64,000 nt of DNA from Terriglobia bacterium (GTDB lineage Bacteria > Acidobacteriota > Terriglobia > Terriglobales > SCQP01), in NCBI GenBank assembly GCA_021323595.1, contig JAJPKR010000012.1:4056-68055 (forward strand). Reading direction: 5' to 3'. The position numbers were made by a program, and so were the translations under genes. Numbering within the stretch: position 1 is the stretch's first letter; each line of letters begins with the position of its first letter. Below the pieces are notes generated by a model. That model searched no databases. It had not been told where the DNA came from and worked only from the letters and a program-made list of their open reading frames with translations. Shown in pieces: positions 50,633-60,648 of the stretch.

Positions 50633-53600
50633 ATGAAGTCATCGAGCATGCGGCTGTTTCTGGGTGGAATTCTGGCGCTGGGCCTGGTTTGCGGGGCCGG
50701 CGCGCAAAATATCACGGCGACGCTGACGGGCACAGTCACCGACCCCTCCGGGGCGCTGGTGCCCGCGGCCACGGTAACGGTGCACAACAACGCCACCGGG
50801 CAGGAGCGCACCGCCACCACCGACGCCACCGGCGTGTACACGCTGGCGCAGTTGCCGGCCGGCGATTACACGGTGACCGTGGCCAAGAGCGGCTTCCAGC
50901 AGTTCGTGGCCAAGGACGTGATCCTGCACGTCGGCGATCACCGCGGCCTGGACGTGACGCTCAAGACCGGCGAGGTGAGCCAGACGGTCGAGGTCACCAC
51001 CAGCGCGGTGCCGATTCAGACGGCGACGGCGGCGCAGTCGGAGACCATCACCGGCAATCAGATCCGGCAGCTGCAATTGAACAACCGCAACTTCGAGCAG
51101 CTGGTCACGCTGCAGCCGGGCGTGAGTTCGTCGCTGCCGGCGCTGATCAGCTTCGGCATCACCAACACCGACAACGTTTCGGTGAACGGCGAGCGCTCGA
51201 GCGCGAATAACTGGACCGTGGACGGCAGCGACATCAACGACAGCGGCTCCAATCAGACGCTGCTCAACGTGCCCAGCGTGGACGCGCTGCAAGAGTTCAA
51301 AATCGAGCGCTCCACCTACGACGCCGAGTACGGGCGCAGCGGCGGCGGGCAGATCAACGTGGTCACCAAGAGCGGCACCAACCAGTTCCACGGCGACGCC
51401 TACGAGTTCCTGCGCAACGACAAGCTGGACGCCAACGACTTCTTTCTCAACGCCGCCGGCGTGAAGCGGCCGCCGCTGCGCTACAACGACTTCGGCTACA
51501 CCCTCGGCGGCCCGATCCGGAAGGACAAGACGTTCTTCTTCTGGTCCGAGGAGTGGCGCAAGCAGCACAATCCGGGCACGGCGGTCGCCGATCTGCCGAC
51601 GCAGGCGGAGATGAACGGCGACTTCAGCGGCTATAACGCCTTCGATCCCGCCTTCAAGGGGCTCGACGCCAGCCTGGCGCCGACGGGGTGCGTGAGCGGC
51701 AATCAGATCAACCCCAACTGCATCAACAAAAACGCGGCCGCGTATTTGAAATACGTGTACGGCACTTATACGCCGAACCTGACCGGCCCGGGCGAGAACG
51801 AACTGGTGACCGCGACCACCTCGCAAAACAACTTCCGCCAGGAGATCGCGCGCCTCGACCACCAGCTCACGAACAAGGTGAGCCTGTTCGCGCGCTATAT
51901 GCAGGACAACGTGCCCACGACCGAGCCGGGCGGGCTCTTCAACGGCAACCCGCTGCCGGGGCTGGCTTCGACGGCGACCAACGCGCCGGGGCGCAATTTC
52001 GTCGCCCACATGACGGCGGTGATGTCGCCGACGCTGGTCGACGAACTGGCGTTCAACTACACCTGGGGCGCGATCAACAGCAACTACACCGGCATCGAAC
52101 AGAACCCGGCGTTCTATCAAGCGCTGCAACTGAGCGGGCTGCCCTTCACGGACGCCTACGGACGGGTGCCGACGCTGGGCTTCAGCAGCTCTTCCTCGAC
52201 GCCCGGCCAGGCGCTCACCGGCGTCACCGGCAGCAGCGCACCGTACCACGAGCGCAACATCGACAAGGAAATTTACGACAACTTGTCGTGGGTCAAGGGC
52301 AATCACACGCTGCGCTTCGGCATCTCCTCGCAGTTCATGCGCAAGAGCGAGAACGGCCCGCTGGCGACCAACGGCAGCTTCAACTTCCGAGACACCACCG
52401 GCGCCGGCTTTGCCGCCGGCGAGTACATGCCGGCGTTCGCGGAATTCCTGCTCGGCCAGGCGCATAGCTTTTTCCAGGCCAACCGCGACATCATTCCCGA
52501 CCTGCACTTCACCAATCTCGAGTGGTATGCACAGGACGATTGGAAGCTGACGCCGACGTTCACGCTGAACTTGGGCGTGCGCTACAGCTTCTTGCCGCCG
52601 GCCTACGACGTGACCGGCACGCTCAGCACCTTCGATCCGGCGCGCTTCAATCCGGCGCTGGCGCCGCAGATCGACGCCAGCGGCAACTTCGTGGCCGGCC
52701 AGGCGGTGACGCCGCAGAACTACCTCAACGGCATCATCATCGGCACCTCGGGCGCGTCGCCCTACGGTCCGGCGACGACCTCGCCCTACGGCTACTACGT
52801 CAACCCAACGCAGAAGAACAACTGGGGGCCGCGGCTGGGCTTCTCCTGGGATCCCTTCGGCACCGGCATCACCGCCGTGCGCGGCGGCTACGGCATCTAT
52901 TACGACCGCACCCTCAACGGGATTTGGGAGCAGGACCAGTTCTCGAATCCGCCTTTCGTCAACGACGTGAGCGGATTGAGTCCCACGAGCCAGATCAGCT
53001 TTTACACCCCGACCACCCAGGCCTCGCTCTTCCCCGACGGCCTGACGGCGGTGGGCACCAGCGATTGGCACACGCCCTACGTCCAAGACTGGAGCCTGTC
53101 GGTGCAGCGCGAGATGCTCTCGCATACGCGCTTCGAGGTGGCCTACGTCGGCAGCAAGGGCACGCACCTGCTGGGCGAGTTCGACGAGAACATCGCCACG
53201 CTGGCGGCGCGCACCGCCAATCCCACCGCCGACGTGAACGCGGTGCGGCCCTACGTCGGCTTCGGGCCGATCGTGACGCGCGCGCCGATCTTCGATTCGC
53301 TCTATCACTCGCTGCAAATCTCCGCCAACCGCCAGATGGCGCGCGGGCTCAGTTTCGGCGTGGCTTACACCTGGGCGCACGAGCTGACCAACAACTCGAC
53401 CGACCGCAGCACGGCGCCGCAGGATACTTACGCCTTCAACCTCGACCGCGGTCCGGCGAGCTTCATCCGGCCGCAGGTGCTGGTCTTCAACTACGTCTAT
53501 GACCTGCCCTTCTTCGCGGACCAGCAAAACTGGCAAGGGCATCTGCTCGGCGGCTGGGAAGTTTCCGGGATCACCACCTACGAGGCCGGCTTCCCGCTGA

Positions 53601-54052
53601 CGGTGACGCAGTTCAGCGACCCCTTCAACTCCTACGATTGGGGCTCGGCTTGCCCCGCCGGCGAGTGCTTCCCGAACGGCGTCGGCGTCGATCCCAGCCC
53701 GATCGTGGCGCCGCGGCCCGACCTCGTCGGCGCGATCAATGCGCCGCACACGCTCAGCCAGTGGGTGACCAAGTCGGCCTGGACCGACGCCATCGGTCAC
53801 TACGGCAGTTCCGGGCGCGGGGTGGTCTATGGCCCCGGCCTCGTCAACTGGGACTTCTCGCTGATGAAGAACGTGAAGGTCAGCGAGCGCCTCAACGCGC
53901 AGTTCCGCGGCGAGTTCTTCAACATCCTCAATCACATGAACCCGAACAATCCGCGCAGCATGGCGCTCGACTCCTCGCTGTTCGGCAAGATCAACAGCGA
54001 CAGCAATTGGCAGCCGCGCGTCGTGCAGCTCGGGTTGAAGCTGATCTTCTAG
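50633..54052 (+). CDS. Giant outer-membrane protein: CarboxypepD_reg domain plus TonB-dependent-receptor-like barrel (paralog 2)
   Basis: The start gives MKSSSMRLFLGGILALGLVCGAGAQ (signal peptide). Motifs GTVTDPSGALVPAATVTV...SGFQQF and ITGNQIRQLQLNNRNFEQLVTLQPGV are present, and the C-terminus VQLGLKLIF ends in Phe. Confidence 0.87.
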   Translation: MKSSSMRLFLGGILALGLVCGAGAQNITATLTGTVTDPSGALVPAATVTVHNNATGQERTATTDATGVYTLAQLPAGDYTVTVAKSGFQQFVAKDVILHVGDHRGLDVTLKTGEVSQTVEVTTSAVPIQTATAAQSETITGNQIRQLQLNNRNFEQLVTLQPGVSSSLPALISFGITNTDNVSVNGERSSANNWTVDGSDINDSGSNQTLLNVPSVDALQEFKIERSTYDAEYGRSGGGQINVVTKSGTNQFHGDAYEFLRNDKLDANDFFLNAAGVKRPPLRYNDFGYTLGGPIRKDKTFFFWSEEWRKQHNPGTAVADLPTQAEMNGDFSGYNAFDPAFKGLDASLAPTGCVSGNQINPNCINKNAAAYLKYVYGTYTPNLTGPGENELVTATTSQNNFRQEIARLDHQLTNKVSLFARYMQDNVPTTEPGGLFNGNPLPGLASTATNAPGRNFVAHMTAVMSPTLVDELAFNYTWGAINSNYTGIEQNPAFYQALQLSGLPFTDAYGRVPTLGFSSSSSTPGQALTGVTGSSAPYHERNIDKEIYDNLSWVKGNHTLRFGISSQFMRKSENGPLATNGSFNFRDTTGAGFAAGEYMPAFAEFLLGQAHSFFQANRDIIPDLHFTNLEWYAQDDWKLTPTFTLNLGVRYSFLPPAYDVTGTLSTFDPARFNPALAPQIDASGNFVAGQAVTPQNYLNGIIIGTSGASPYGPATTSPYGYYVNPTQKNNWGPRLGFSWDPFGTGITAVRGGYGIYYDRTLNGIWEQDQFSNPPFVNDVSGLSPTSQISFYTPTTQASLFPDGLTAVGTSDWHTPYVQDWSLSVQREMLSHTRFEVAYVGSKGTHLLGEFDENIATLAARTANPTADVNAVRPYVGFGPIVTRAPIFDSLYHSLQISANRQMARGLSFGVAYTWAHELTNNSTDRSTAPQDTYAFNLDRGPASFIRPQVLVFNYVYDLPFFADQQNWQGHLLGGWEVSGITTYEAGFPLTVTQFSDPFNSYDWGSACPAGECFPNGVGVDPSPIVAPRPDLVGAINAPHTLSQWVTKSAWTDAIGHYGSSGRGVVYGPGLVNWDFSLMKNVKVSERLNAQFRGEFFNILNHMNPNNPRSMALDSSLFGKINSDSNWQPRVVQLGLKLIF

Positions 54053-54076
54053 CCGCGCACTCTTCGCGATTCCAAC

Positions 54077-54115
54077 CGCCCCGCTTCGCCTGTGGCGAGG
54101 CGGGGCGTTTTTTTT
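54077..54115 (+). terminator. Strong rho-independent terminator after receptor gene 2
   Basis: A 14-bp stem CGCCCCGCTTCGCC / GGCGAGGCGGGGCG (one G-T wobble) with loop TGT is followed by eight consecutive T at 54108-54115. Confidence 0.8.
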
Positions 54116-54316
54116 GCGCCGGCGCGCCGGCGCCGGAACTCGGGCCAGAGTCACCAGCAACTCCGGCGTGAGTCGCACGCGGGGCCGGGACGCGAGCACG
54201 GGAAATGAGATCGGGAGCAGCCACTCTGGAATTTGGAATCGCGGCGGCAGGGCAACGCGGGTCCGGCGGCGGGAATCGTCCTCAGGAGCAAGAACACGAC
54301 CACGCCGGAGGTGTCT

Positions 54317-57300
54317 GTGCGGAAACGCGCGCTGGCAGTCATCAGCGGATCCCTGATATTGGCCATTGGTCTCGGGGCGCAAAACATCAACGCCACACTG
54401 ACGGGCACGGTGAAAGACACGTCGGGCGCGGTGATACCCGGCGTCACGGTGCATCTGCGCGACAACGCCACCGGGCAAACGCGATCGATCGTGACCGACG
54501 CCTCGGGCGCGTACGCGCTGGCGCTCTTGCCGGCCGGCACCTACACGGTGACCGCTTCCAAGCCGGGCTTCCAGCAGTTCTCCTCGAGCAACGTGGTGCT
54601 GCACGTGGGCGAGCACCGCGGCTTCGACATCACGCTGCAGCCCGGCGCGGTGACACAGACGGTGACCGTCTCCAGCACCGCGGCGCCGGTGCAGACGGCG
54701 ACGCCGGCGCAAAGCACGACCATCACCGGCAGCCAAATTCGCGAGCTGCAGCTTAATAACCGCAATTTCGAGCAACTGGTCACGCTCCAGCCCGGCGTGA
54801 GCTCGTCGCTGCCGGCGATCATCGGCTTCGGGATCCAGAACACCAGCTCCGTTTCGGTGGATGGAGCGCGCCCCACCGCCAACAACTGGACGGTGGATGG
54901 CGCCGACATCAACGACAGCGGCTCGAACGCCACCCTCACCGACGTGCCCAGCGTGGACGCGCTGGCGGAGTTCACCACCAACCGCTCGACGTACGACGCG
55001 CAATACGGGCGCAGCGGCGGCGGCCAGATCACCGTCGTGACCCGTTCGGGGACCAATGTCTTTCACGGCACCGCCTATGAGTTCGTGCGCAACACCAAGC
55101 TGAACGCCAACGACTTCTTCGCCAACGCCGCCGGGCTGCCGCGCGCGGCCTTCCATTACAACGACTTCGGCTACACCATCGGCGGCCCGATCCGGAAGGA
55201 CAAGATCTTCTTTTTCTGGTCGCAGGAGTGGCGCAAGACCAACACGCCGATCACCGAAACCGCCGACCTGCCGACGCCGGCGGAGCTGAGCGGGGACTTC
55301 ACCGGCATCGCCACGCTCGATCCCACGCTGGCGCCGCCGGGCTGCGTGGTCGGGGACACGATCGCGCCGGCCTGTTTCTCGACCAACGCCAAGGTGTACT
55401 TGAATCACGTCTTCTCGACTTACACCGCCAACCTGCCGGCCACCAACCAGCTCGTCACCAGCCCGACGCAGCTGGCCAACACGCGGCAGGAGCTGATCCG
55501 GCTTGACGACCAGCTCACCGGCCGCGTGCGGCTGTTCGCCCGCTACATGCAGGCGGACGTGCCGACCACCGAGGCGGGCGGGCTCTTCGACGGCAATCCG
55601 CTGCCGGGCCTGGCGGCGACGGCGACCAACGCCCCGGCGCGCAACATGGTGGCGCACATGAGCGCGGTGATCTCGCCGACGGTGGTCAACGAGCTGGCGT
55701 TCAACTATGCCTGGGGCGCGATCAACAGCGCCAACACCGGGCGCATCACCGATCCCGCGTTCTACAACGCGCTCGACCTCGCCGCCTTTCCCTTCGCCGA
55801 TCCCTACCGGCGCGTCCCCAACGTGACGTTTTCGTCGCCGATCAGCGGGCAGGCGATCACCGGCGTCACCGCGCCCAGCGCGCCGTATCACGAGCGCAAC
55901 ATCGACAAAGAGCTCTACGACAACTTGTCGTGGGTGGCCGGCAATCACACGCTGCGCACCGGGGTGGACGCGCAGTGGATGCGCAAGACGGAGAACGGGC
56001 CGCTGGCGACCAACGGCAGCTTCGTGTTTCGCGACACGCAGACGACCCCGCCGGCCTTCATGCCCGCGTTCGCGGAATTCCTGCTTGGGCAGGCCTACCA
56101 GTACACCCAGGCCAACCGCGACATCATACCCGACCTGCGCTACGTGAACCTGGGGATCTACGTGCAGGACGACTGGAAGGTGCGGCCGAACTTCACCCTC
56201 AATCTCGGCCTGCGCTACAGCCTGCTGCCGCCGCCCGAGGATGTCACCGGCACGCTCTCCAGCTTCGATCCCGAGCGCTTCAATCCGGCGCTGGCGCCGC
56301 CGCTCGACGCCAACGGCAACTTCGCCGCCGGCTCGCCGGCCGACTACTTGAACGGCATCATCATCGGCGGCTCGGGCTCGTCGCAGTTCGGGCCGGCGAC
56401 GATTTCGCCGTACGGCTACCGGGTGAATCCCGTCGCGTATGACAACTTCGGCCCCCGCGTCGGGTTCGCGTGGGATCCCTTCGGCACCGGGCGCACGGCG
56501 GTGCGCGCCGGCTACGGCATTTATTACGACCGCACGCTGAACGGCATCTGGGAGCAAAACACCTTCGCCAATCCGCCGTTCGTCAACACGCTGAACGTTT
56601 TCGGACCGGCGGTCGCGGCCTCGACCGCCACGAACTTCTTCGACGATCCGGTGGGCGGCGTGGCGGCGGCGCCGGCGCCGCGGAATCTGCACGCCACCGG
56701 CGATCCTCTCTTCCCCACGCCCTACATTCAGAACTACAGCGTCTCGGTGGAGCGCGAGATCGGCGCCAGCACGGTGGTGCAAGCGGCGTGGGTGGGGGCC
56801 AAGGGCACGCACCTGCTGGGCATCGCCGACGAGAACATTCCCACGCTGGCGGCGCGCGCGGCGGCGCCGGCGGCGCCGGTCAACGCCGTGCGCCCGTTTG
56901 GCGGCTACGGCGCGATCAGCGTCTTGCTGACCGGCTACGACTCGACCTATAACTCGCTGCAATTGTCCCTGGAGCGGCGGGTCGCGCGCGGCTTGAACCT
57001 CGGACTGGCGTACACCTGGGCCAAGGAGCTGACCAACAACCCGAGCGACCGCAGCTCGGCGGTGTACGATCCCTACCAGCCGTCGCTCGACCGCGGTCCG
57101 GCCAGCTTCATTCGCCCGAACGTGTTCGTGGCCAATTACGTTTACGATCTGCCCTTCTTCGCCGACCAGCAGGGCGCGGTGGGGCGCCTGCTGGGCGGCT
57201 GGGAGATCTCCGGGATCACGACCCTGGAGCAAGGCTTCCCGCTGACGGTGACGCAGTCGGACGATCCGTTCAACCTCGGCGACTTCCCCGCCTGCCCGGC

Positions 57301-57682
57301 GAACTGTTTTCCCGGCGGCATCGGCATCGACCAGAGCCCGGTGATCGCGCCGCGTCCGGACTTGACCGGCCCGATCGTGCTGCCGCAAACCGCGACCGAA
57401 TGGGTCTCGCCCTCGGCCTTCACCCCCGCCGTCGGCCACTTCGGCACTGCCGGACGCGGGCTGTTTCTCGGGCCGGGGCTGAGCGAATGGGACTTCGCGC
57501 TGTTCAAGAACTTCAAAGTGACGGAGCGGCTGAACGCCCAGTTGCGCGGCGAGTTCTTCAACCTTTTCAATCAGGTGAGCCTGAACAATCCGACGACCAA
57601 CTCGACTTCGTCGCGATTCGGGCGCATCACCTCCGATCGCTCGCCGCGGGTCGTGCAGTTGGGCCTGAAGCTGAACTTCTAG
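54317..57682 (+). CDS. Giant outer-membrane protein: CarboxypepD_reg domain plus TonB-dependent-receptor-like barrel (paralog 3, a tandem copy of paralog 2)
   Basis: The GTG at 54317 has GGAGG 5 nt upstream and gives (M)RKRALAVISGSLILAIGLGAQ. Long identical blocks are shared with paralog 2 (NRNFEQLVTLQPGVSSSLPA, SAPYHERNIDKE, NLSWV.GNHTLR). The C-terminus VQLGLKLNF ends in Phe. Confidence 0.87.
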   Translation: MRKRALAVISGSLILAIGLGAQNINATLTGTVKDTSGAVIPGVTVHLRDNATGQTRSIVTDASGAYALALLPAGTYTVTASKPGFQQFSSSNVVLHVGEHRGFDITLQPGAVTQTVTVSSTAAPVQTATPAQSTTITGSQIRELQLNNRNFEQLVTLQPGVSSSLPAIIGFGIQNTSSVSVDGARPTANNWTVDGADINDSGSNATLTDVPSVDALAEFTTNRSTYDAQYGRSGGGQITVVTRSGTNVFHGTAYEFVRNTKLNANDFFANAAGLPRAAFHYNDFGYTIGGPIRKDKIFFFWSQEWRKTNTPITETADLPTPAELSGDFTGIATLDPTLAPPGCVVGDTIAPACFSTNAKVYLNHVFSTYTANLPATNQLVTSPTQLANTRQELIRLDDQLTGRVRLFARYMQADVPTTEAGGLFDGNPLPGLAATATNAPARNMVAHMSAVISPTVVNELAFNYAWGAINSANTGRITDPAFYNALDLAAFPFADPYRRVPNVTFSSPISGQAITGVTAPSAPYHERNIDKELYDNLSWVAGNHTLRTGVDAQWMRKTENGPLATNGSFVFRDTQTTPPAFMPAFAEFLLGQAYQYTQANRDIIPDLRYVNLGIYVQDDWKVRPNFTLNLGLRYSLLPPPEDVTGTLSSFDPERFNPALAPPLDANGNFAAGSPADYLNGIIIGGSGSSQFGPATISPYGYRVNPVAYDNFGPRVGFAWDPFGTGRTAVRAGYGIYYDRTLNGIWEQNTFANPPFVNTLNVFGPAVAASTATNFFDDPVGGVAAAPAPRNLHATGDPLFPTPYIQNYSVSVEREIGASTVVQAAWVGAKGTHLLGIADENIPTLAARAAAPAAPVNAVRPFGGYGAISVLLTGYDSTYNSLQLSLERRVARGLNLGLAYTWAKELTNNPSDRSSAVYDPYQPSLDRGPASFIRPNVFVANYVYDLPFFADQQGAVGRLLGGWEISGITTLEQGFPLTVTQSDDPFNLGDFPACPANCFPGGIGIDQSPVIAPRPDLTGPIVLPQTATEWVSPSAFTPAVGHFGTAGRGLFLGPGLSEWDFALFKNFKVTERLNAQLRGEFFNLFNQVSLNNPTTNSTSSRFGRITSDRSPRVVQLGLKLNF

Positions 57683-57880
57683 CGAGGCCCGGCGGCGCAA
57701 TCGGCGCGGGCGGCGCGCGGCCGGATCCCGCGCGCTCGGCAACGACCGAAGCCGCCCCGGCGCGGCAGCCGGGGCGCAGCGGGTTTGCGGCGCGGTCCGC
57801 CGGGGCGGGCGGCCGCCGGGCGCCACGCTCCCGCCTCCGCCCGGCGGCGGGCGGCGGGCCGGCTTACAATACCAGCGATC

Positions 57881-60058
57881 ATGAAAACCATGGCTTTGGG
57901 CTTGGCGCTGCTGGCGGCGGCGGCGCCGGCGGCGGCCGCGGCGTCCGCGCCGACGGCGGGGGAACTGGCGCGCTGGCAGCGCGAGGCGCAAGCGGTGACG
58001 ATCACGCGCGACGACTGGGGCATCGCCCACGTGCACGGCAAGACCGACGCCGACGCCGTCTTCGGCATGGAGTACGCGCAGGCTGAAGACGACTTCCATC
58101 GCGTCGAGATGAATTACATCGACGCGCTGGGGCGGCGGGCGGAGGCGGAGGGCGCGGGCGCGATCTGGCGCGACCTGCGCATGAAGCTGTTCATCGACCC
58201 GGCGGTGATGAAGGCCAAGTACGCCGCCAGCCCGGCATGGCTGCAGCGCCTGATGGACGCCTTCGCCGACGGGCTCAACTATTACCTTTACACGCATCCC
58301 GCCGTGCATCCGGAAGTGATCCGGCGCTTCGAGCCATGGATGGCGCTGGCTTTCACCGAGGGCTCGATCGGCGGCGACATCGAGCGCGTGGACTTGCGGC
58401 AACTGGCGGCCTTCTACGGCGGGGCGGCGCCGGCGGCGACCGCCGACCTCGGCTTTCCGCCCGAGCCCAGCGGCTCGAATGGGATCGCCATCGCGCCCAA
58501 GATCACGCGCGACCACCACGCGCTGCTGTGGATCAATCCGCACACGTCGTTCTATTTCCGCTCCGAGCTGCAGATGGCGAGCGACGAGGGCCTCGACGCC
58601 TACGGCGCGGTGACCTGGGGACAGTTCTTCATCTATCAGGGATTCAACCCGACCGCCGGCTGGATGCACACCTCGAGCGGGGTGGACAACATCGATTGGT
58701 TTCTGGAGACGGTGGCGCGGCGCGACGGGCGCCTGGAGTACCGGCACGGCAGCCGGTGGCTGCCGCTGCGCGAGCGCACGATCGTGGTGCCCTACCGCAC
58801 GCCGGGCGGCATGGCGCGGCGCACGTTCACCGCCTACTACACGATGCACGGGCCGATCGTGGCGAAGAGCGGGGCGCGCTGGGAGAGCATCAGCCTGATG
58901 CAGCGGCCGGAGCGGGCGCTGATCCAGGACGTGACGCGCATGGAGGCGAAGGATTACGCCGCCTTCCGCCGCACGATGGAGCTGCACACCAACTCCTCGA
59001 ACAACACCATCTTCGCGGACGCCGAAGGCAACATCGCCTACTTCCATTCCGATTACATTCCCCGGCGCGACGACCGCTTCGACTGGACGCGGCCGGTGGA
59101 CGGCAGCGATCCCGCCACCGACTATCACGGCCTGCTGACGCTCGAGCAAACCCCGCATCTGCTCAATCCGGCGACGGGCTGGCTTTATAACTCCAACAAC
59201 TGGCCGTGGTCGGCGGCGGGGCCGGATAGCCCCAAGCGGCAGGATTTTCCCAAGTACGTCGAGCGCGGGCGCGAGGAAAGCGCGCGCGGCTATCACGCGC
59301 TGCGCATCCTGACCGGCGGCAAGGACTGGACCATGACGTCGCTGACCCGCGCCGCCTTCGACAGCTATCTGCCGGCCTTCGCCATGACCCTGCCGCGGCT
59401 GTTCCGCGCCTACGACGCGCTGCCCGCGCCGGACCCCGACAAGACCGCCTTGCGCGAGCCGATTGAGACGCTGCGGCGCTGGGACGATCGCTGGGGAGCG
59501 GATTCGGCGGCGACGTCGCTGGCGGTGTTTTGGGGCACCGAGATGATGCGGCGGGAGCGCCGCGCCCATGCGCACAGCCTCTCGATCATGGATTACATCA
59601 ATGACCAGGCAACGTCCGAGCAGCTGGTGCAAGGGTTGGCGGCGGCGGTGAATTGGCTGCAGCGCGATTTCGGCTCCTGGCGCACGCCCTGGGGCCGGAT
59701 CAACCGCTTCCAGCGGATCAATGACGACCTCGTGCCGCACTTCGACGATGCGATGCCGAGCATTCCCGTGCCGTTTACGTCGTCGCTGTGGGGCTCGCTG
59801 GCTTCGTTCGGAGCGCGGCCTTATCCCAATACCAAGAAGTGGTATGGGACGGACGGGAACAGCTTCGTGTGCGTCGTCGAGTTCGGGCCGCGCGTCGAAG
59901 CGCGCGCGGTGACCGCCGGCGGCGAAAGCGGCGATCCCCGCTCGCCCCATTTCGACGATGAAGCCCAACGCTACGCGAGCGGCAATTTGCGGCAGGTCTA
60001 TTTTTGGCCCGACGAGCTGAAGGGCCATAGCGAGCGCGTCTATCACCCCGGACGGTGA
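57881..60058 (+). CDS. Secreted penicillin-acylase-family Ntn hydrolase (peptidase S45; penicillin / AHL / siderophore acylase type)
   Basis: The ATG at 57881 gives the signal peptide [36 protein letters not shown] is present, and the candidate autoprocessing/nucleophile site is GSNGIAIAP. The size and layout fit an alpha-linker-beta precursor. Confidence 0.8.
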   Translation: MKTMALGLALLAAAAPAAAAASAPTAGELARWQREAQAVTITRDDWGIAHVHGKTDADAVFGMEYAQAEDDFHRVEMNYIDALGRRAEAEGAGAIWRDLRMKLFIDPAVMKAKYAASPAWLQRLMDAFADGLNYYLYTHPAVHPEVIRRFEPWMALAFTEGSIGGDIERVDLRQLAAFYGGAAPAATADLGFPPEPSGSNGIAIAPKITRDHHALLWINPHTSFYFRSELQMASDEGLDAYGAVTWGQFFIYQGFNPTAGWMHTSSGVDNIDWFLETVARRDGRLEYRHGSRWLPLRERTIVVPYRTPGGMARRTFTAYYTMHGPIVAKSGARWESISLMQRPERALIQDVTRMEAKDYAAFRRTMELHTNSSNNTIFADAEGNIAYFHSDYIPRRDDRFDWTRPVDGSDPATDYHGLLTLEQTPHLLNPATGWLYNSNNWPWSAAGPDSPKRQDFPKYVERGREESARGYHALRILTGGKDWTMTSLTRAAFDSYLPAFAMTLPRLFRAYDALPAPDPDKTALREPIETLRRWDDRWGADSAATSLAVFWGTEMMRRERRAHAHSLSIMDYINDQATSEQLVQGLAAAVNWLQRDFGSWRTPWGRINRFQRINDDLVPHFDDAMPSIPVPFTSSLWGSLASFGARPYPNTKKWYGTDGNSFVCVVEFGPRVEARAVTAGGESGDPRSPHFDDEAQRYASGNLRQVYFWPDELKGHSERVYHPGR

Positions 60059-60563
60059 GGGCGGGAGGAACCTGGCCGCAAGCTGCCGGCAGAGTGGGAG
60101 TTGCCGGCTGGCGGCGAGGCGGCGGAAGGGCGGCGTGACCGGTGACCCCACCAAATGGGGGATGGCACATGCCTCGGCAGCGCCGCCATGGCAGTCAAAG
60201 CGGCAAATCACTGAGGCTGAAGTGGTTGTCCGTGGCGGCGGCGGCGGAAGCGCGCTTGAAATGTGTGCCACCACTTTGGGGGGAGCGGCGGGGCGGGCGG
60301 ACGGCGCCGGCCGCGGCGGGGCGGCGGGCCGGCACGGCGGCGGCACAGGGCGCAGCTTCGAGAAGCGGCGGGAACGCCGGGCGGGAGGCCGGGAGGGCGT
60401 TCTCTCGATGCTGCCGCGCGATGCTCATGCAGGGCCCCACCCTAACTATGATTCAGGGTGGAACGGAATGGTTGCCTCGACTCCGGCGCGAATTCATGCG
60501 CGCGGCGCCGGGCCCAACCGGTCGGAGGAGGCAGTTCTTTGCGGCGGGTCTCGCACAATCTCT

Positions 60564-60648
60564 TTGCGGAATGCCGGCAGGCAGGAATGGCTGTCTCGCG
60601 CGAGCTGTCCCTTGCGGAGCGGCGGCGGGCGGGAACGGCTGTCCCACG
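60564..60648. repeat. Two degenerate 37-nt direct repeats with a 48-nt period, in a non-coding tract
   Basis: TTGCGGAATGCCGGCAGGCAGGAATGGCTGTCTCGCG (60564-60600) and TTGCGGAGCGGCGGCGGGCGGGAACGGCTGTCCCACG (60612-60648) share 29/37 identities by hand alignment. Partial copies lie at 60460-60480 and 60539-60556. Confidence 0.5.

Noticed and set aside
50639-60346. A 3235-aa ORF on the minus strand, the longest ORF in the window. At first glance it could be a giant novel protein.
   Set aside because: It runs exactly antisense to three well-supported plus-strand genes (two receptor-like OMPs and the acylase), each of which has a signal peptide, recognisable motifs and its own terminator or SD. Its translation is low-complexity Arg/Ala/Gly/Pro/His-rich with no recognisable motif. 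This is the expected result when stop codons are depleted on the antisense strand of GC3-rich genes.
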